Of a stretch of DNA of 64,000 nt, positions 17,157 to 26,266 are shown in pieces. Position 1 is the first letter of the stretch; the number at the start of each line of letters is the position of its first letter. The position numbers and the translations under genes are program-made. The stretch is from Deltaproteobacteria bacterium (GTDB lineage Bacteria > Myxococcota_A > Polyangia > JAAYKL01), in the NCBI GenBank assembly GCA_028713995.1, contig JAQTNF010000001.1, positions 39,981 through 103,980 on the forward strand, read 5' to 3'. The notes under the pieces are model-generated. The model was not told the origin of the DNA. It worked only from the letters and a program-made list of their open reading frames with translations, and did no database searches.

Positions 17157-17608
17157 AAAACGGCGAACTCGGTGGATGTGGGGGGGGCATCTGGGGCGAG
17201 TCCGCCGTCGGTCAAGCAACATTGCAACACGTGTGCCAGAACTCCGTTCCTCACGCCATCAAACGGCCTTTCTCCGTCCTGCCGGAAAGCATCACGCGCA
17301 ACCCCTGTTATTGACGTGCGTCCGCGCGTCGCCGCGATCCTTGCACCCGCAATGGGCCGGTTTGCGGCCTGCAGAACCGCTGGTCTATTCCGCCGCTGAC
17401 AGATGGTGTTTTTCAATTTTGAAAGCGCCGGTTTTCATGACCGGACGAGCAGGGGATCGCGACCTTGCAAAGGCCCTCTCCCGGAGGCTCGCGCGCGCCG
17501 GGATCGCGCGCATTTATGGGGGTTGTCGCCTTGCCGCAAACACAATAGATTCGGACTGTCCGCCGCTCGAAAAAGCGGCCGGATCACCCGAAATAAGGAG
17601 GAGACGAC
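17157..17608 (+). promoter_or_regulatory. unusually long (~450 nt) non-coding leader upstream of serA-serC, lower GC, with several short hairpins
   Basis: No convincing ORF; 17403..17612 is judged spurious. Ends with a strong RBS 'AAGGAGGAG'. Function unknown and no riboswitch consensus recognised. Confidence 0.2.
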
Positions 17609-18478
17609 ATGAAGATTCTCATCGCAGACGCCTTCGACAAGAGCCTTCCGAAGCGCCTCGAAAAATTCGGCGAGGTGTTCGACACGATGGACCGCGTCGC
17701 CGAGGCCGACGTGATCCTCGTGCGATCGAAGACCAAGGCCGACAAGGCCTTCATCGACAACGCGAAGAGCGTCAAGCTGTTCATCCGCGGCGGCGTGGGC
17801 ATGGACAACATCGACGCTGCGTACTGCAAGGAGAAGGGCATCGCGGCCATGAACACTCCGGAGGCGTCGTCCGTGGCCGTGGCCGAGCTGGCCATGGCGC
17901 TCATGATCGCGATCCCGGCGCGCCTCGTCGATGGGCACAACGGCATCGTGGCCGGCAAGTTCCTGAAGAGCGAGCTCAAGCGCACCGAGCTCTACCAGAA
18001 AACCCTCGGCCTCATCGGCGTGGGCCGCATCGGCACCGAGGTCGCCAAGCGCGCGCAGGCGTTCGGCATGAAGGTCATCGCCTTCGACAAGTTCATCGAC
18101 AAGCACCCCATCGTGGAGCTCGTGTCCCTCGACAAGCTGCTCGCCGGAGCGGACTACATCTCCTTGCACACGCCGCTCACCGACGAGACCAAGGGCATGA
18201 TCAACAAGGGGACCATCGCCAGGATGAAGAAGGGCGCCGTCATCATCAACACCGGCCGCGGCAAGTGCGTGGTCGAGGAGGACGTCGCGGAGGCGCTCAG
18301 GTCCGGCCAGCTCGGCGGCTACGGCACGGACGTGTGGTACAAGGACGAGATCTACGGCAGCCCGATCGTGGGCGCGCCGAACACGGTGGTGATGCCGCAC
18401 CTCGGCGCGTCGAGCAAGGAGAACCTCCTGCGCATCGGCGACTGCGTGGTCGACATCCTCTCGAAATGGAACAAGTGA
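17609..18478 (+). CDS. serA: D-isomer-specific 2-hydroxyacid dehydrogenase (SerA-like, short form)
   Basis: NAD-binding 'GLIGVGRIGTEVAKRAQAFGMKVIAFD'. Catalytic 'TGRGKCVVEEDV...H'. Immediately upstream of serC. Confidence 0.7.
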   Translation: MKILIADAFDKSLPKRLEKFGEVFDTMDRVAEADVILVRSKTKADKAFIDNAKSVKLFIRGGVGMDNIDAAYCKEKGIAAMNTPEASSVAVAELAMALMIAIPARLVDGHNGIVAGKFLKSELKRTELYQKTLGLIGVGRIGTEVAKRAQAFGMKVIAFDKFIDKHPIVELVSLDKLLAGADYISLHTPLTDETKGMINKGTIARMKKGAVIINTGRGKCVVEEDVAEALRSGQLGGYGTDVWYKDEIYGSPIVGAPNTVVMPHLGASSKENLLRIGDCVVDILSKWNK

Positions 18479-18487
18479 GGTGACACC

Positions 18488-19576
18488 ATGGTGAAGAGAA
18501 TCTTCAATTTCGCGGCTGGCCCCTGCACCCTCCCCCTGCCCGCCCTGGAGAAGGCGGCTTCGGAGTTCGTGGAGTACGGGAGCTCCGGGATGTCGCTCAT
18601 CGAGATGAGCCACCGCGGCAAGCAGTACGACGCGATCCACAACGCGGCGCTCGCCTCCTTGCGCGAGGTCTTCGGCGTGCCGGACACGCACGAGATCCTG
18701 TTCCTCCAGGGCGGCGCCACCCTGCAGTTCGGCATGGTGCCCATGAACATGAAGGTCGAGGGCAAGACCTTCGAGTACGTCAACACGGGCGCGTGGGCCA
18801 AGAAGGGCATCTTAGACGCCAAGAAAATAGGGCCCACCCGGGTGATCTGGACCGACGAGGCGGGCAAGTTCATGCGCATGCCCAAGGCGGCCGAGATCAA
18901 GGCCGGCGCGGACGCGGCGTACGTGCACGTCACGAGCAACGAGACCATCGGCGGCATCGAGATGTTCGAGTTCCCGGACACCGGGAGCATCCCGCTCGTG
19001 GCCGACATGTCCTCGGACATCCTGTCGCGCCCCCTGCCCTTCGAGCGCTTCGCGCTCATCTACGCGGGCGCCCAGAAGAACCTGGGCCCCGCGGGCAACA
19101 CGGTCGTCATCATCCGCAAGGACGTGCTCGAGAAGTGCCGCGAGGACCTGCCCGCGTACCTCGGGTACAAGACCCACGTGCCGGACAAGTCCATGTACAA
19201 CACGCCCACGGTGTTCGCGATCTACATGATGAAGCTCAACCTCGACTGGGTGAAGTCGGTGGGCGGGCTCAAAGAGATGGACAAGCGCGCGAGCAAGCGC
19301 GCCGGCATCATCTACGGCGCGATCGACAACTCCGGCGGGTGGTACCGCTGCCCGGTCGACAAGGCGTCGCGCTCGCGGATGAACGTGGTGTGGCGCCTGC
19401 CGACCGAGGAGCTCGAGGAGAAGTTCCTCGGCGAGGCGGGCAAGGCCGACTTCTCGGGGCTGAAGGGCCACCGCTCGGTCGGCGGCTGCCGCGCGTCCAT
19501 GTACAACGCCATGCCCGTCGAAGGCGCCGAGAAGCTGGCCGAGTTCATGGCCGGCTTCAAGAAACGCAACAGCTGA
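18488..19576 (+). CDS. serC: phosphoserine aminotransferase
   Basis: 'MVKRIFNFAAGPCTLP' SerC N-terminus. PLP-lysine region 'YAGAQKNLGPAGNTVVIIRKD'. 362 aa. Confidence 0.9.
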   Translation: MVKRIFNFAAGPCTLPLPALEKAASEFVEYGSSGMSLIEMSHRGKQYDAIHNAALASLREVFGVPDTHEILFLQGGATLQFGMVPMNMKVEGKTFEYVNTGAWAKKGILDAKKIGPTRVIWTDEAGKFMRMPKAAEIKAGADAAYVHVTSNETIGGIEMFEFPDTGSIPLVADMSSDILSRPLPFERFALIYAGAQKNLGPAGNTVVIIRKDVLEKCREDLPAYLGYKTHVPDKSMYNTPTVFAIYMMKLNLDWVKSVGGLKEMDKRASKRAGIIYGAIDNSGGWYRCPVDKASRSRMNVVWRLPTEELEEKFLGEAGKADFSGLKGHRSVGGCRASMYNAMPVEGAEKLAEFMAGFKKRNS

Positions 19577-19598
19577 GCGACAACCGACATCCTTCACC

Positions 19599-20765
19599 TC
19601 ATGGCGCCCCGCCCGCAGCCTGCCCGAGCCGCAACACGCCCCTGCCCTTCTCGATCGCGATCCGCGCGCCAAGCGGCCTCGACGCCTCGGACACGCGGCC
19701 GAGCATCTCGTCCGCTGACGCGCCCTTCATGACCTTGGGCTGAAAGTCCACAAGGTCGTCCGCGTTCTTGATGTAGAGCGGGAAGAGCTCGACCGCCTCC
19801 ATACGCCCGTCTTCGAGCACCGCGCGCACAAGGAGCCCCTCGTCGGCCTCGCGGTTGCCCGAGCCGAACGCGAAGTTTCCGACCCCGTAGACGATGGGCT
19901 TGCCCTTGTAGACTTCGGCGGGCTGCCAGAAGTGGGCGTGGTGCCCGACCACGAGATCGGCGCCCGCGTCCACGGCCGCGTGGGCGAGCCCGCGCTGGAA
20001 TTCCTCGGGAGCGCGGTGGTAGCGGATGCCGAAGTGGAAGACCGCGATCACCACGTCGGCCGCTTCCTCCGCGGCGCGCACGCCTTGCGCCACGCTCTGC
20101 GCCGTCGCGATCACCGCGCCGGGCCTGCCCTTGCCCACGCCGAAGCGCCTCGTCATGCCCCGCTCCATGCGGCGGTACGCGCCGGGCTCGAGCGAATCCT
20201 CGAACTCGTGGAACCATGTGTCCGCGGCCACGAACCCCACGAATGCGACCTTGCGCCCGCCGAGCTCGAACACCCGCGGCGCTTGCGCCTCGGGCGGGTC
20301 TTGCCCTGCGCCGAACCAGGGGATGCCCGCGACCCGAAGCGACTCGAACGTCTCGAGCATGCCCCCGACACCGCAGTCGGCCACGTGGTTGTTGGCGAAC
20401 GAGACCGCGTCGAAGCCCGCCCACTTGAGGCCCTGAAGCGTCCACGGCGGCACCTTGTACGGGAAACGCGACTCGCGCCGCGTCGCTTTGGTCGCCACCG
20501 GGCCCTCCAGGTTGCCCACGGCGAGATCCGCTCCTTGCAGCAGGGGCGCGGTCGCGAGGAACGGATAGCGCGCGCCGTGCTTCTCCAGGTTCGCGCGAGC
20601 GTCATCCCACGTCATGATGTCACCCACGAGCGCGATCGACCGCCTGCCCAAGGGCAGGGACACGCTCGCGGCGCTCATCTCGCCGGTCTTGTAAACGGAC
20701 ACCGGCTTGCCGCACCCGGCGAGCGCAAGGACCGCGCACGCGACCGTGGCGGGAAGGCTCCTCAT
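19599..20765 (-). CDS. CapA family (PGA_cap metallophosphatase-like) lipoprotein
   Basis: Lipobox 'LALAGC'. Metallophosphatase motifs 'GNLEGP', 'NNHVADCG' and 'GHHAHFWQP' as in CapA. Confidence 0.75.
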   Translation of the reverse strand: MRSLPATVACAVLALAGCGKPVSVYKTGEMSAASVSLPLGRRSIALVGDIMTWDDARANLEKHGARYPFLATAPLLQGADLAVGNLEGPVATKATRRESRFPYKVPPWTLQGLKWAGFDAVSFANNHVADCGVGGMLETFESLRVAGIPWFGAGQDPPEAQAPRVFELGGRKVAFVGFVAADTWFHEFEDSLEPGAYRRMERGMTRRFGVGKGRPGAVIATAQSVAQGVRAAEEAADVVIAVFHFGIRYHRAPEEFQRGLAHAAVDAGADLVVGHHAHFWQPAEVYKGKPIVYGVGNFAFGSGNREADEGLLVRAVLEDGRMEAVELFPLYIKNADDLVDFQPKVMKGASADEMLGRVSEASRPLGARIAIEKGRGVLRLGQAAGGAP

Positions 20766-20780
20766 GCGGCCGCGTGGCTC

Positions 20781-21977
20781 CTACGGCAGGGCGATGACGG
20801 GGCTCACCAGATATTGGTCGACGGTGTACGCGCTGTCGTACCCGATGTACGCCGAGTTGGGAGACGAGTTGTAGGCAGACGTGGTGGTCGCGAAGACGCG
20901 CGTGCTCGTGTCATAATCGCCATCCACGGACAGCCAGCCCGTGGGCAGCGCGGGCGCGGTCACGCCGTCGAAGGTCTGCGCCACGGAGCACGAGACCGGC
21001 CAATCCGTGTCGGTCGTCTCGGCGATGCACAGGTCGTCGATGTACCAGTTGTCCATGTTCACCGCGTAATAGCGGAACGCGAGACGCACGTTCTGCCCGG
21101 AGTAGGTGTTGATGTCGGCCACGTACCCCTGGGCCCAGGCGCCGTCGGCCGCGGCGTTCTCCATGGCCGTGTAGCTGGCCAGAGTGATCCAGGAGCCGTC
21201 GGTGGGATCTGAGGACGTTTCCGGGCCGATCATCAGGTAGTGCGCACCGTAGTTGGTAATGGCGGAGATGTACTCGCGAAAGTGCAGCGTGAGGCCCTGG
21301 GAGCACGCCCCGTCCACGCACCCGAGATCGCAATACTGGCACCCGGCCGTGTCGGTGTCGTGCACGCACAGCTCGTAGGAGGAACAGTAGTCGATCGCCT
21401 GCCACTCCGTGTCCCACACGAGGTTGTCCGCGCCGCACACGGCGTTCGAACCTGTGCAGTGCCTGTGCTGGTACCTGACCGCCGCAATGGCGCCGCAGTC
21501 GTCCGTACCCGAGCATGCGTATTCGGCCGCGTAGGAGTCCGTGTCGCACAGGTACGTGCCGGGCCTGAAGAACCCGGCGAAGCAGCAGTCTCCGGTCGAA
21601 CATTCGTAATTCGTGTCCGAGTCGCCGTCCGAATCCGTGTCGCTGTCCGAATCCGTGTCGCCGTCCGCGTCCGAGTCGCTGTCCGCGTCCGCATCCGTAT
21701 CGCCGTCCGTATCGCCGTCCGCGTCGCCGTCCGAGTCCGCGTCGCCGTCCGCGTCCACGCTCCCGCAATCGCAGGCGTCCCAGCCGTCGCCCACGTCGTT
21801 GCACGTGTGGACGCCGCTCAGCCCGTTGCCGCACAGGCATACCTCGCTTGCGCCCGGCGCGCAGCTCACTGTGCCGCCGTCGTCGCCACCGGAATCTCCC
21901 TTGCTGCAGGCCGCGGCGAGCGCCGCGAGAGCCGTGACGAAGAGCAGAATTCCAAATTGGGTCGTTATGGATCTCAT
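20781..21977 (-). CDS. Cys-rich lipoprotein with poly-Asp/Ser linker, tandem paralog A
   Basis: RBS AGGAG. Lipobox 'LAALAAAC'. An about 48-aa D/S/G/T linker. The C-terminal about 150 aa are conserved with paralog B ('AQGYV.D...YSGQ..RLAF.YY..N.D.WY.DD.CIAETT'). Confidence 0.6.
   Translation of the reverse strand: MRSITTQFGILLFVTALAALAAACSKGDSGGDDGGTVSCAPGASEVCLCGNGLSGVHTCNDVGDGWDACDCGSVDADGDADSDGDADGDTDGDTDADADSDSDADGDTDSDSDTDSDGDSDTNYECSTGDCCFAGFFRPGTYLCDTDSYAAEYACSGTDDCGAIAAVRYQHRHCTGSNAVCGADNLVWDTEWQAIDYCSSYELCVHDTDTAGCQYCDLGCVDGACSQGLTLHFREYISAITNYGAHYLMIGPETSSDPTDGSWITLASYTAMENAAADGAWAQGYVADINTYSGQNVRLAFRYYAVNMDNWYIDDLCIAETTDTDWPVSCSVAQTFDGVTAPALPTGWLSVDGDYDTSTRVFATTTSAYNSSPNSAYIGYDSAYTVDQYLVSPVIALP
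21608..21752 (-). repeat. coding low-complexity GAC/GAT/AGC repeat (poly-Asp/Ser/Gly linker) in paralog A; the similar tract in paralog B is at about 22867..22941
   Basis: Read directly as 'gtcgctgtccgaatccgtgtcg...' repeats on the plus strand. Confidence 0.6.
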
Positions 21978-22002
21978 TTTCTTTCTCCTTTCAGATTCAG
22001 AC

Positions 22003-23154
22003 CTACGGCAGGGCGATGGCGTTGCTGACCAGGTAGCGCGCGACCATGTTGGTTGCGTCGTAGTTGATATAGGCCGAGTTGGGCGAAGAGGAGTATTTCG
22101 ACACGGTCGTCCCCCACGTGCTCGTGGCGCTCACGTTGGAGCCCCCGGCCACGCTCAGCCATCCCGAGGGCAGCGCGGGCGGGGTCACGCCGTCGAACGT
22201 CTGCTCGAGGGCGCACGCGGCGGGCCATGACGTGCTCGTCGTCTCGGCGATGCACACGTCGTCGACGTACCAGACGTCCGCATTGGTCCCGTAGTAGTAG
22301 AACGCCAGGCGCCTGGTCTGCCCGGAGTATGCGCTCAGATCGACCACGTAGCCCTGGGCCCAGACGGCGTTCGCCGAGGCGTTCTTCATGGCCGCGGAAC
22401 TGGCCAGGGTGGTCCAGCTCCCGTCCTCGGGATCGGTGGACGTGCTCGGGCCGATCGCGACGTTGTGACCGACGTAGTAGGTGTAACCATCGATATATTC
22501 GTGGAAGTGCAGCGTGAGACCGCTGTCCGTGTCCGTGCCCGTGTCCGTGTCGACGCACGAGCCGTCCACGCACCCGAGATCGCAGTACTGGCACCCGGCC
22601 GTTTCGGTGTCGTGCACGCACAGCTCGTAGGAGGAGCAGTAGTCGATCGCCTGCCACTCCGTGTCCCACACCAGGTTGCCCACGCCGCAAATTGCGCTCG
22701 ATCCCGTGCAGTGCTTGTGCTGGTACCTCATCGCCGCGACGGCGCCGCAGTCATCCGTGCCGGCGCAGCCGTATTCGGCGGCGTAGGAATCCGTGTCGCA
22801 CAGGTACGTGCCGGGCCTAAAGAACCCGGCGAAGCAGCAGGCGCCGGTGGAGCACTCGTAGTTCGTGTCCGAATCGCCGTCGGAGTCAGAGGCGCTGTCC
22901 GTGTCCGCATCCGTATCGCCGTCCGTGTCGCCGTCCGCGTCCACGCTCCCGCAATCGCAGGCGTCCCAGCCGTCGCCCACGTCGTTGCACGTGTGGACGC
23001 CGCTCAGCCCGCTGCCGCACAGGCACACCTCACTTGCACCCGGCGCGCAGCTCACTGTGCCGCCGTCGTCGCCCCCGGAATCTCCCTTGCTGCAGGCCGC
23101 GGCGAACGCCGCGACCAAGAGAATGCCCAACCCAATCGTTATGGGTTTCATCAT
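22003..23154 (-). CDS. Cys-rich lipoprotein with poly-Asp linker, tandem paralog B
   Basis: Start 'MMKPITIGLGILLVAAFAAAC'. About 70% identical to paralog A over the N-terminal 150 aa and the C-terminal domain. The upstream 33 codons of the ORF-track entry are judged non-coding. Confidence 0.6.
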   Translation of the reverse strand: MMKPITIGLGILLVAAFAAACSKGDSGGDDGGTVSCAPGASEVCLCGSGLSGVHTCNDVGDGWDACDCGSVDADGDTDGDTDADTDSASDSDGDSDTNYECSTGACCFAGFFRPGTYLCDTDSYAAEYGCAGTDDCGAVAAMRYQHKHCTGSSAICGVGNLVWDTEWQAIDYCSSYELCVHDTETAGCQYCDLGCVDGSCVDTDTGTDTDSGLTLHFHEYIDGYTYYVGHNVAIGPSTSTDPEDGSWTTLASSAAMKNASANAVWAQGYVVDLSAYSGQTRRLAFYYYGTNADVWYVDDVCIAETTSTSWPAACALEQTFDGVTPPALPSGWLSVAGGSNVSATSTWGTTVSKYSSSPNSAYINYDATNMVARYLVSNAIALP

Positions 23155-23303
23155 CGTCCCCTTTTGTGAAAACAAACCATCCTTGGACATGAATTCTATC
23201 ACAAAATTCTTTGTGCCCGGGTTCGTTTCGGAGTCGCTTGCCCGGGAAATCAACTTCGAATATCCTCAATATATCGTTTCTTGAGAAACAGGGAGGTCCC
23301 CGG

Positions 23304-24632
23304 ATGCGCCCAGTTCCGCAGCGGTTCGCGACTCTTGCCGTCGCGGCCGCGGCGCTCGCATTCCTCCTGCCGGTGCTCGCGGGCGAGCCCGGAATGATTG
23401 CGGTCCTGCCCGTGCGCAACGACGCAGGCCTCGACAAAACAGAGGTCGACTATCTGTCGGATCTGATCCGCGGCACCGCAGCCCTGACCCTCGGGACCGG
23501 CGAAGCGCTTGCGACCAAGCCCGATGTCGGCAAGGCGCTCGGCGCAAAGGCCGGGAACTGCGACGAGCAGTGCGCGCTCAAGGCGGGCAAGCGGCTCGGC
23601 GCGGCTCGCGTGGTGCTGTGCGAGATCCGCCGCATCGACCAGGAGCTCAAGGTCACGGTGAAGCTGCTCGAGACCGAGGGCGGAGCGCTCAAGGCCATGG
23701 AGCTCGTGGGCGGCAAGGACGTGGCGTCCCTCGAAGCCCCGCTCGGAAATGCGGTGCGTCGCGTCCTGGGGGCTCCGGCCGTGCCCGGGGCCGCTCCCCC
23801 GCCACCCACCGGACCGGTCACCCTCACACCCGATGAAGACAAGGACCACTTCGGCGACCTGTCCGTGACCCTGACCGGGGTGAAGGAAGGCTCCGGCAGG
23901 AAGGTCGATGGCCCCGCGGACGCGGACGTGCTCGTCAACGGGCGACGCGTGGGGTTCGCGCCATACAATGATGGCCTGCCCGCCGGCCGCTACCACGTGA
24001 AGGTCGTGCGCGGGAAGGACACGCTCGCACAGTCCGTCGTTGACATCGTGGCCGGCAAGCGGCACGTCGTCGAGGCCGCGACCAAGGTGCCCATGACCGC
24101 TGAAGAGCGTGCCTCCTGGAACGAAGAGCAGACCAAGAAGAGGGACAAACGGGTGCGCATGGAGCGCGCGGCGTGGGAGGCGAAGAGGGCCGAATGGGAA
24201 ACCGCGGCCGGGAAGGCACGCGAGGAGCGCTTCCCGTACCTCGTGTCGGCCACCGTGCTCGGCGGAGCCGGGATCGCCATGGTCATCGGCGGCGGCGTGG
24301 CGGAGAGCATGGCTCTCGATCAGAACGACAAGGTGAGCAGCAACTACCACATGTGGCAGGAGCAGACCGACCCCGAGGCCATCGCCGCGGCCGAGAAGAA
24401 CGTGAAGAGCGCGCGTGAGGCTCGCGACTTGGACAACACGCTCGGGACCAGCTTCCTCGTGATCGGCGGCGCGGCGATCGCCACGAGCGTCGTGCTGTTC
24501 ATCATCATGCCCGGGATCCCGGACGAGCCGTCCGCGCCCGCCGCCCTCGGCTCGTGGATCGGCGCATCCATCAACCTTTCGCCGCTCGTGGGTGACGGCG
24601 CGAAAGGCGCCGCGCTGGAAGTGAGGTTCTGA
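23304..24632 (+). CDS. PEGA-domain membrane protein
   Basis: RBS GGGAGG. Signal peptide. PEGA-like 'VLVNGRRVGFAPYNDGLPAGRYHVKVV'. Two C-terminal TM segments. The antisense ORF 23250..25463 is rejected. Confidence 0.5.
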   Translation: MRPVPQRFATLAVAAAALAFLLPVLAGEPGMIAVLPVRNDAGLDKTEVDYLSDLIRGTAALTLGTGEALATKPDVGKALGAKAGNCDEQCALKAGKRLGAARVVLCEIRRIDQELKVTVKLLETEGGALKAMELVGGKDVASLEAPLGNAVRRVLGAPAVPGAAPPPPTGPVTLTPDEDKDHFGDLSVTLTGVKEGSGRKVDGPADADVLVNGRRVGFAPYNDGLPAGRYHVKVVRGKDTLAQSVVDIVAGKRHVVEAATKVPMTAEERASWNEEQTKKRDKRVRMERAAWEAKRAEWETAAGKAREERFPYLVSATVLGGAGIAMVIGGGVAESMALDQNDKVSSNYHMWQEQTDPEAIAAAEKNVKSAREARDLDNTLGTSFLVIGGAAIATSVVLFIIMPGIPDEPSAPAALGSWIGASINLSPLVGDGAKGAALEVRF

Positions 24633-24634
24633 GG

Positions 24635-26266
24635 ATGACAGCGCTTCGACAGCTTCTGGTCGTGGCCGTGTCGCTTCCCTTGCTCGCGGCGACCGCGTGC
24701 ACGTTCGAGGATCGCCCGCTCGGAGAGCACCCGTGCGACGCGTGCAGGCCGTGCGAGACGTGCGTCGTCCCGGACGGAGGAACCCTGCCCATATGCCTCG
24801 CCGAGCCGCGGGGCTCGCGGTTCTGCGGCGTGGACGGCAACGTGCACTGGCGCGACTCGTGCGGGGAATACACGGGCATCGCCGAGCAGTGCCCGGCCAA
24901 ACACGCGCAGTGCGTGGAGACGATGCAGGACGTCGCCGCGTGCGAATGCACGAACCACTGGGAGGGCGTGAGCTGCGACGAGTGCCCCGGCAACTGGGAT
25001 CCCGGCAAAGATTGCAACGCGTGCGCGAACTACTGGGGAGGCTCCGACTGCACCGTCTGTCCCGAAGGCATGGATCCAGCCACCAACTGTGCCGACTGTC
25101 TAGGAAACTGGGATCCCGCGTCGAGCTGCAGCGTCTGCAAGAACCACTGGAAGGGCTCGGACTGCGAAACCTGCCCGAGCAACTGGGATCCCGCGCGGGA
25201 CTGCGGCGCGTGTAAAGGCCATTGGGAAGGCGCAGACTGCGACAGATGCCCTGGTGGATGGGTGGGCGCCGACTGCGATACTTGCGTACGATACGTGGAT
25301 GGCGACGTCGCATCTTCGGGAAACGGGTTGTCCTGGAAGGAGGCGTACGAGAGTATTCAGGAAGGCATAGACGCAGCATATACGGCCACGCAGCAGAACA
25401 ACGGACCTGTGCGTTGCCAGGTGTGGGTCTCGGGTGGAACATACTGGGTTTATTCGACGGCAAAAACGGACACGATCGAATTGAAATCGGGTGTCGACCT
25501 CTACGGGGGCTTCGACGGCACGGAGTCTGATCTCGTCAATCGGAAGCATGTCACGACGACGCTGAGTGGTTACCATCCCGAAAGAATAGGAAAGGTTTAT
25601 CACGTCATCACAGCGCTAGACGATTCATCCGTCGATGGCTTCACCATCCAGGATGGGAAGGCCGACGATACCATCAACATGGGTGGTGGCGGACTGATCG
25701 CCAACCTAGCGAGCGTGGCCATCCGAAATTGCATTTTCAAGAACAACGAGACGCTTGCGTGGGGCGGAGGCGCATTCATCAACGGCCCAGCGCGTATCGA
25801 GTCGTGTCTCTTTTCCAACAACACCGCGATGAGCGGCGGGGGAATACACTTCGACTATTACGGGACCGGTTCCGTTGTCGCCAATTGCACTTTCACTCAG
25901 AACTCCTCCGGAAATGGCGCGCTTTCCAAGGATGGCGGAACAATTACGGTCGTCGACTCAATCATGTGGAACGACGCTCATCAAGAAATATGTGTCTGGG
26001 ACCAGAACGGAATCTCGGTCAGGTCGAGCGACGTGCAGGGGGCTGTGGGGGGTACCGGCAACATCGACGTGGATCCACTTTTCGTCGACGCCGCGAGCGG
26101 GGACTTCCGCCTGAGCGCCGGCTCGCCGTGCATCGACGCGGCCGACGGCACGCAGGCGCCGGCCACGGACATCGACGGCAACGCGCGCGTGGACGACACC
26201 GACTCCCCCAACACGGGCATCGGCCCGCCGTGGGCCGACATGGGCGCCTACGAGTATCAGCCATGA
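24635..26266 (+). CDS. lipoprotein with EGF-like Cys repeats followed by a right-handed parallel beta-helix domain
   Basis: Lipobox 'LLAATAC'. Repeated 'C..C.GNWDP...C..C' units. Beta-helix repeats 'GGGGLIANLASVAIRNCIFKNN', 'GGAFINGPARIESCLFSNN' and 'GGGIHFD'. C-terminal 'ADMGAYEYQP' is shared with 33014..34978. Confidence 0.65.
   Translation: MTALRQLLVVAVSLPLLAATACTFEDRPLGEHPCDACRPCETCVVPDGGTLPICLAEPRGSRFCGVDGNVHWRDSCGEYTGIAEQCPAKHAQCVETMQDVAACECTNHWEGVSCDECPGNWDPGKDCNACANYWGGSDCTVCPEGMDPATNCADCLGNWDPASSCSVCKNHWKGSDCETCPSNWDPARDCGACKGHWEGADCDRCPGGWVGADCDTCVRYVDGDVASSGNGLSWKEAYESIQEGIDAAYTATQQNNGPVRCQVWVSGGTYWVYSTAKTDTIELKSGVDLYGGFDGTESDLVNRKHVTTTLSGYHPERIGKVYHVITALDDSSVDGFTIQDGKADDTINMGGGGLIANLASVAIRNCIFKNNETLAWGGGAFINGPARIESCLFSNNTAMSGGGIHFDYYGTGSVVANCTFTQNSSGNGALSKDGGTITVVDSIMWNDAHQEICVWDQNGISVRSSDVQGAVGGTGNIDVDPLFVDAASGDFRLSAGSPCIDAADGTQAPATDIDGNARVDDTDSPNTGIGPPWADMGAYEYQP

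Noticed and set aside
17157-17608. Glycine/serine riboswitch upstream of serA
   Set aside because: I looked for the conserved glycine-riboswitch core elements and did not find them. Left as an unexplained long leader only.
17403-17612. 69-aa ORF inside the serA leader
   Set aside because: No RBS, and it ends by overlapping the serA start. Likely chance. The region is treated as a non-coding leader.
17435-18691. 418-aa minus-strand ORF across serA, plus 18793..19743(+) and 18812..19672(-)
   Set aside because: Antisense or alternate frames of serA and serC, which carry unambiguous motifs.
23250-25463. 737-aa minus-strand ORF
   Set aside because: Antisense to the PEGA-domain and beta-helix genes. 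Arg/Ser/Pro-rich translation.
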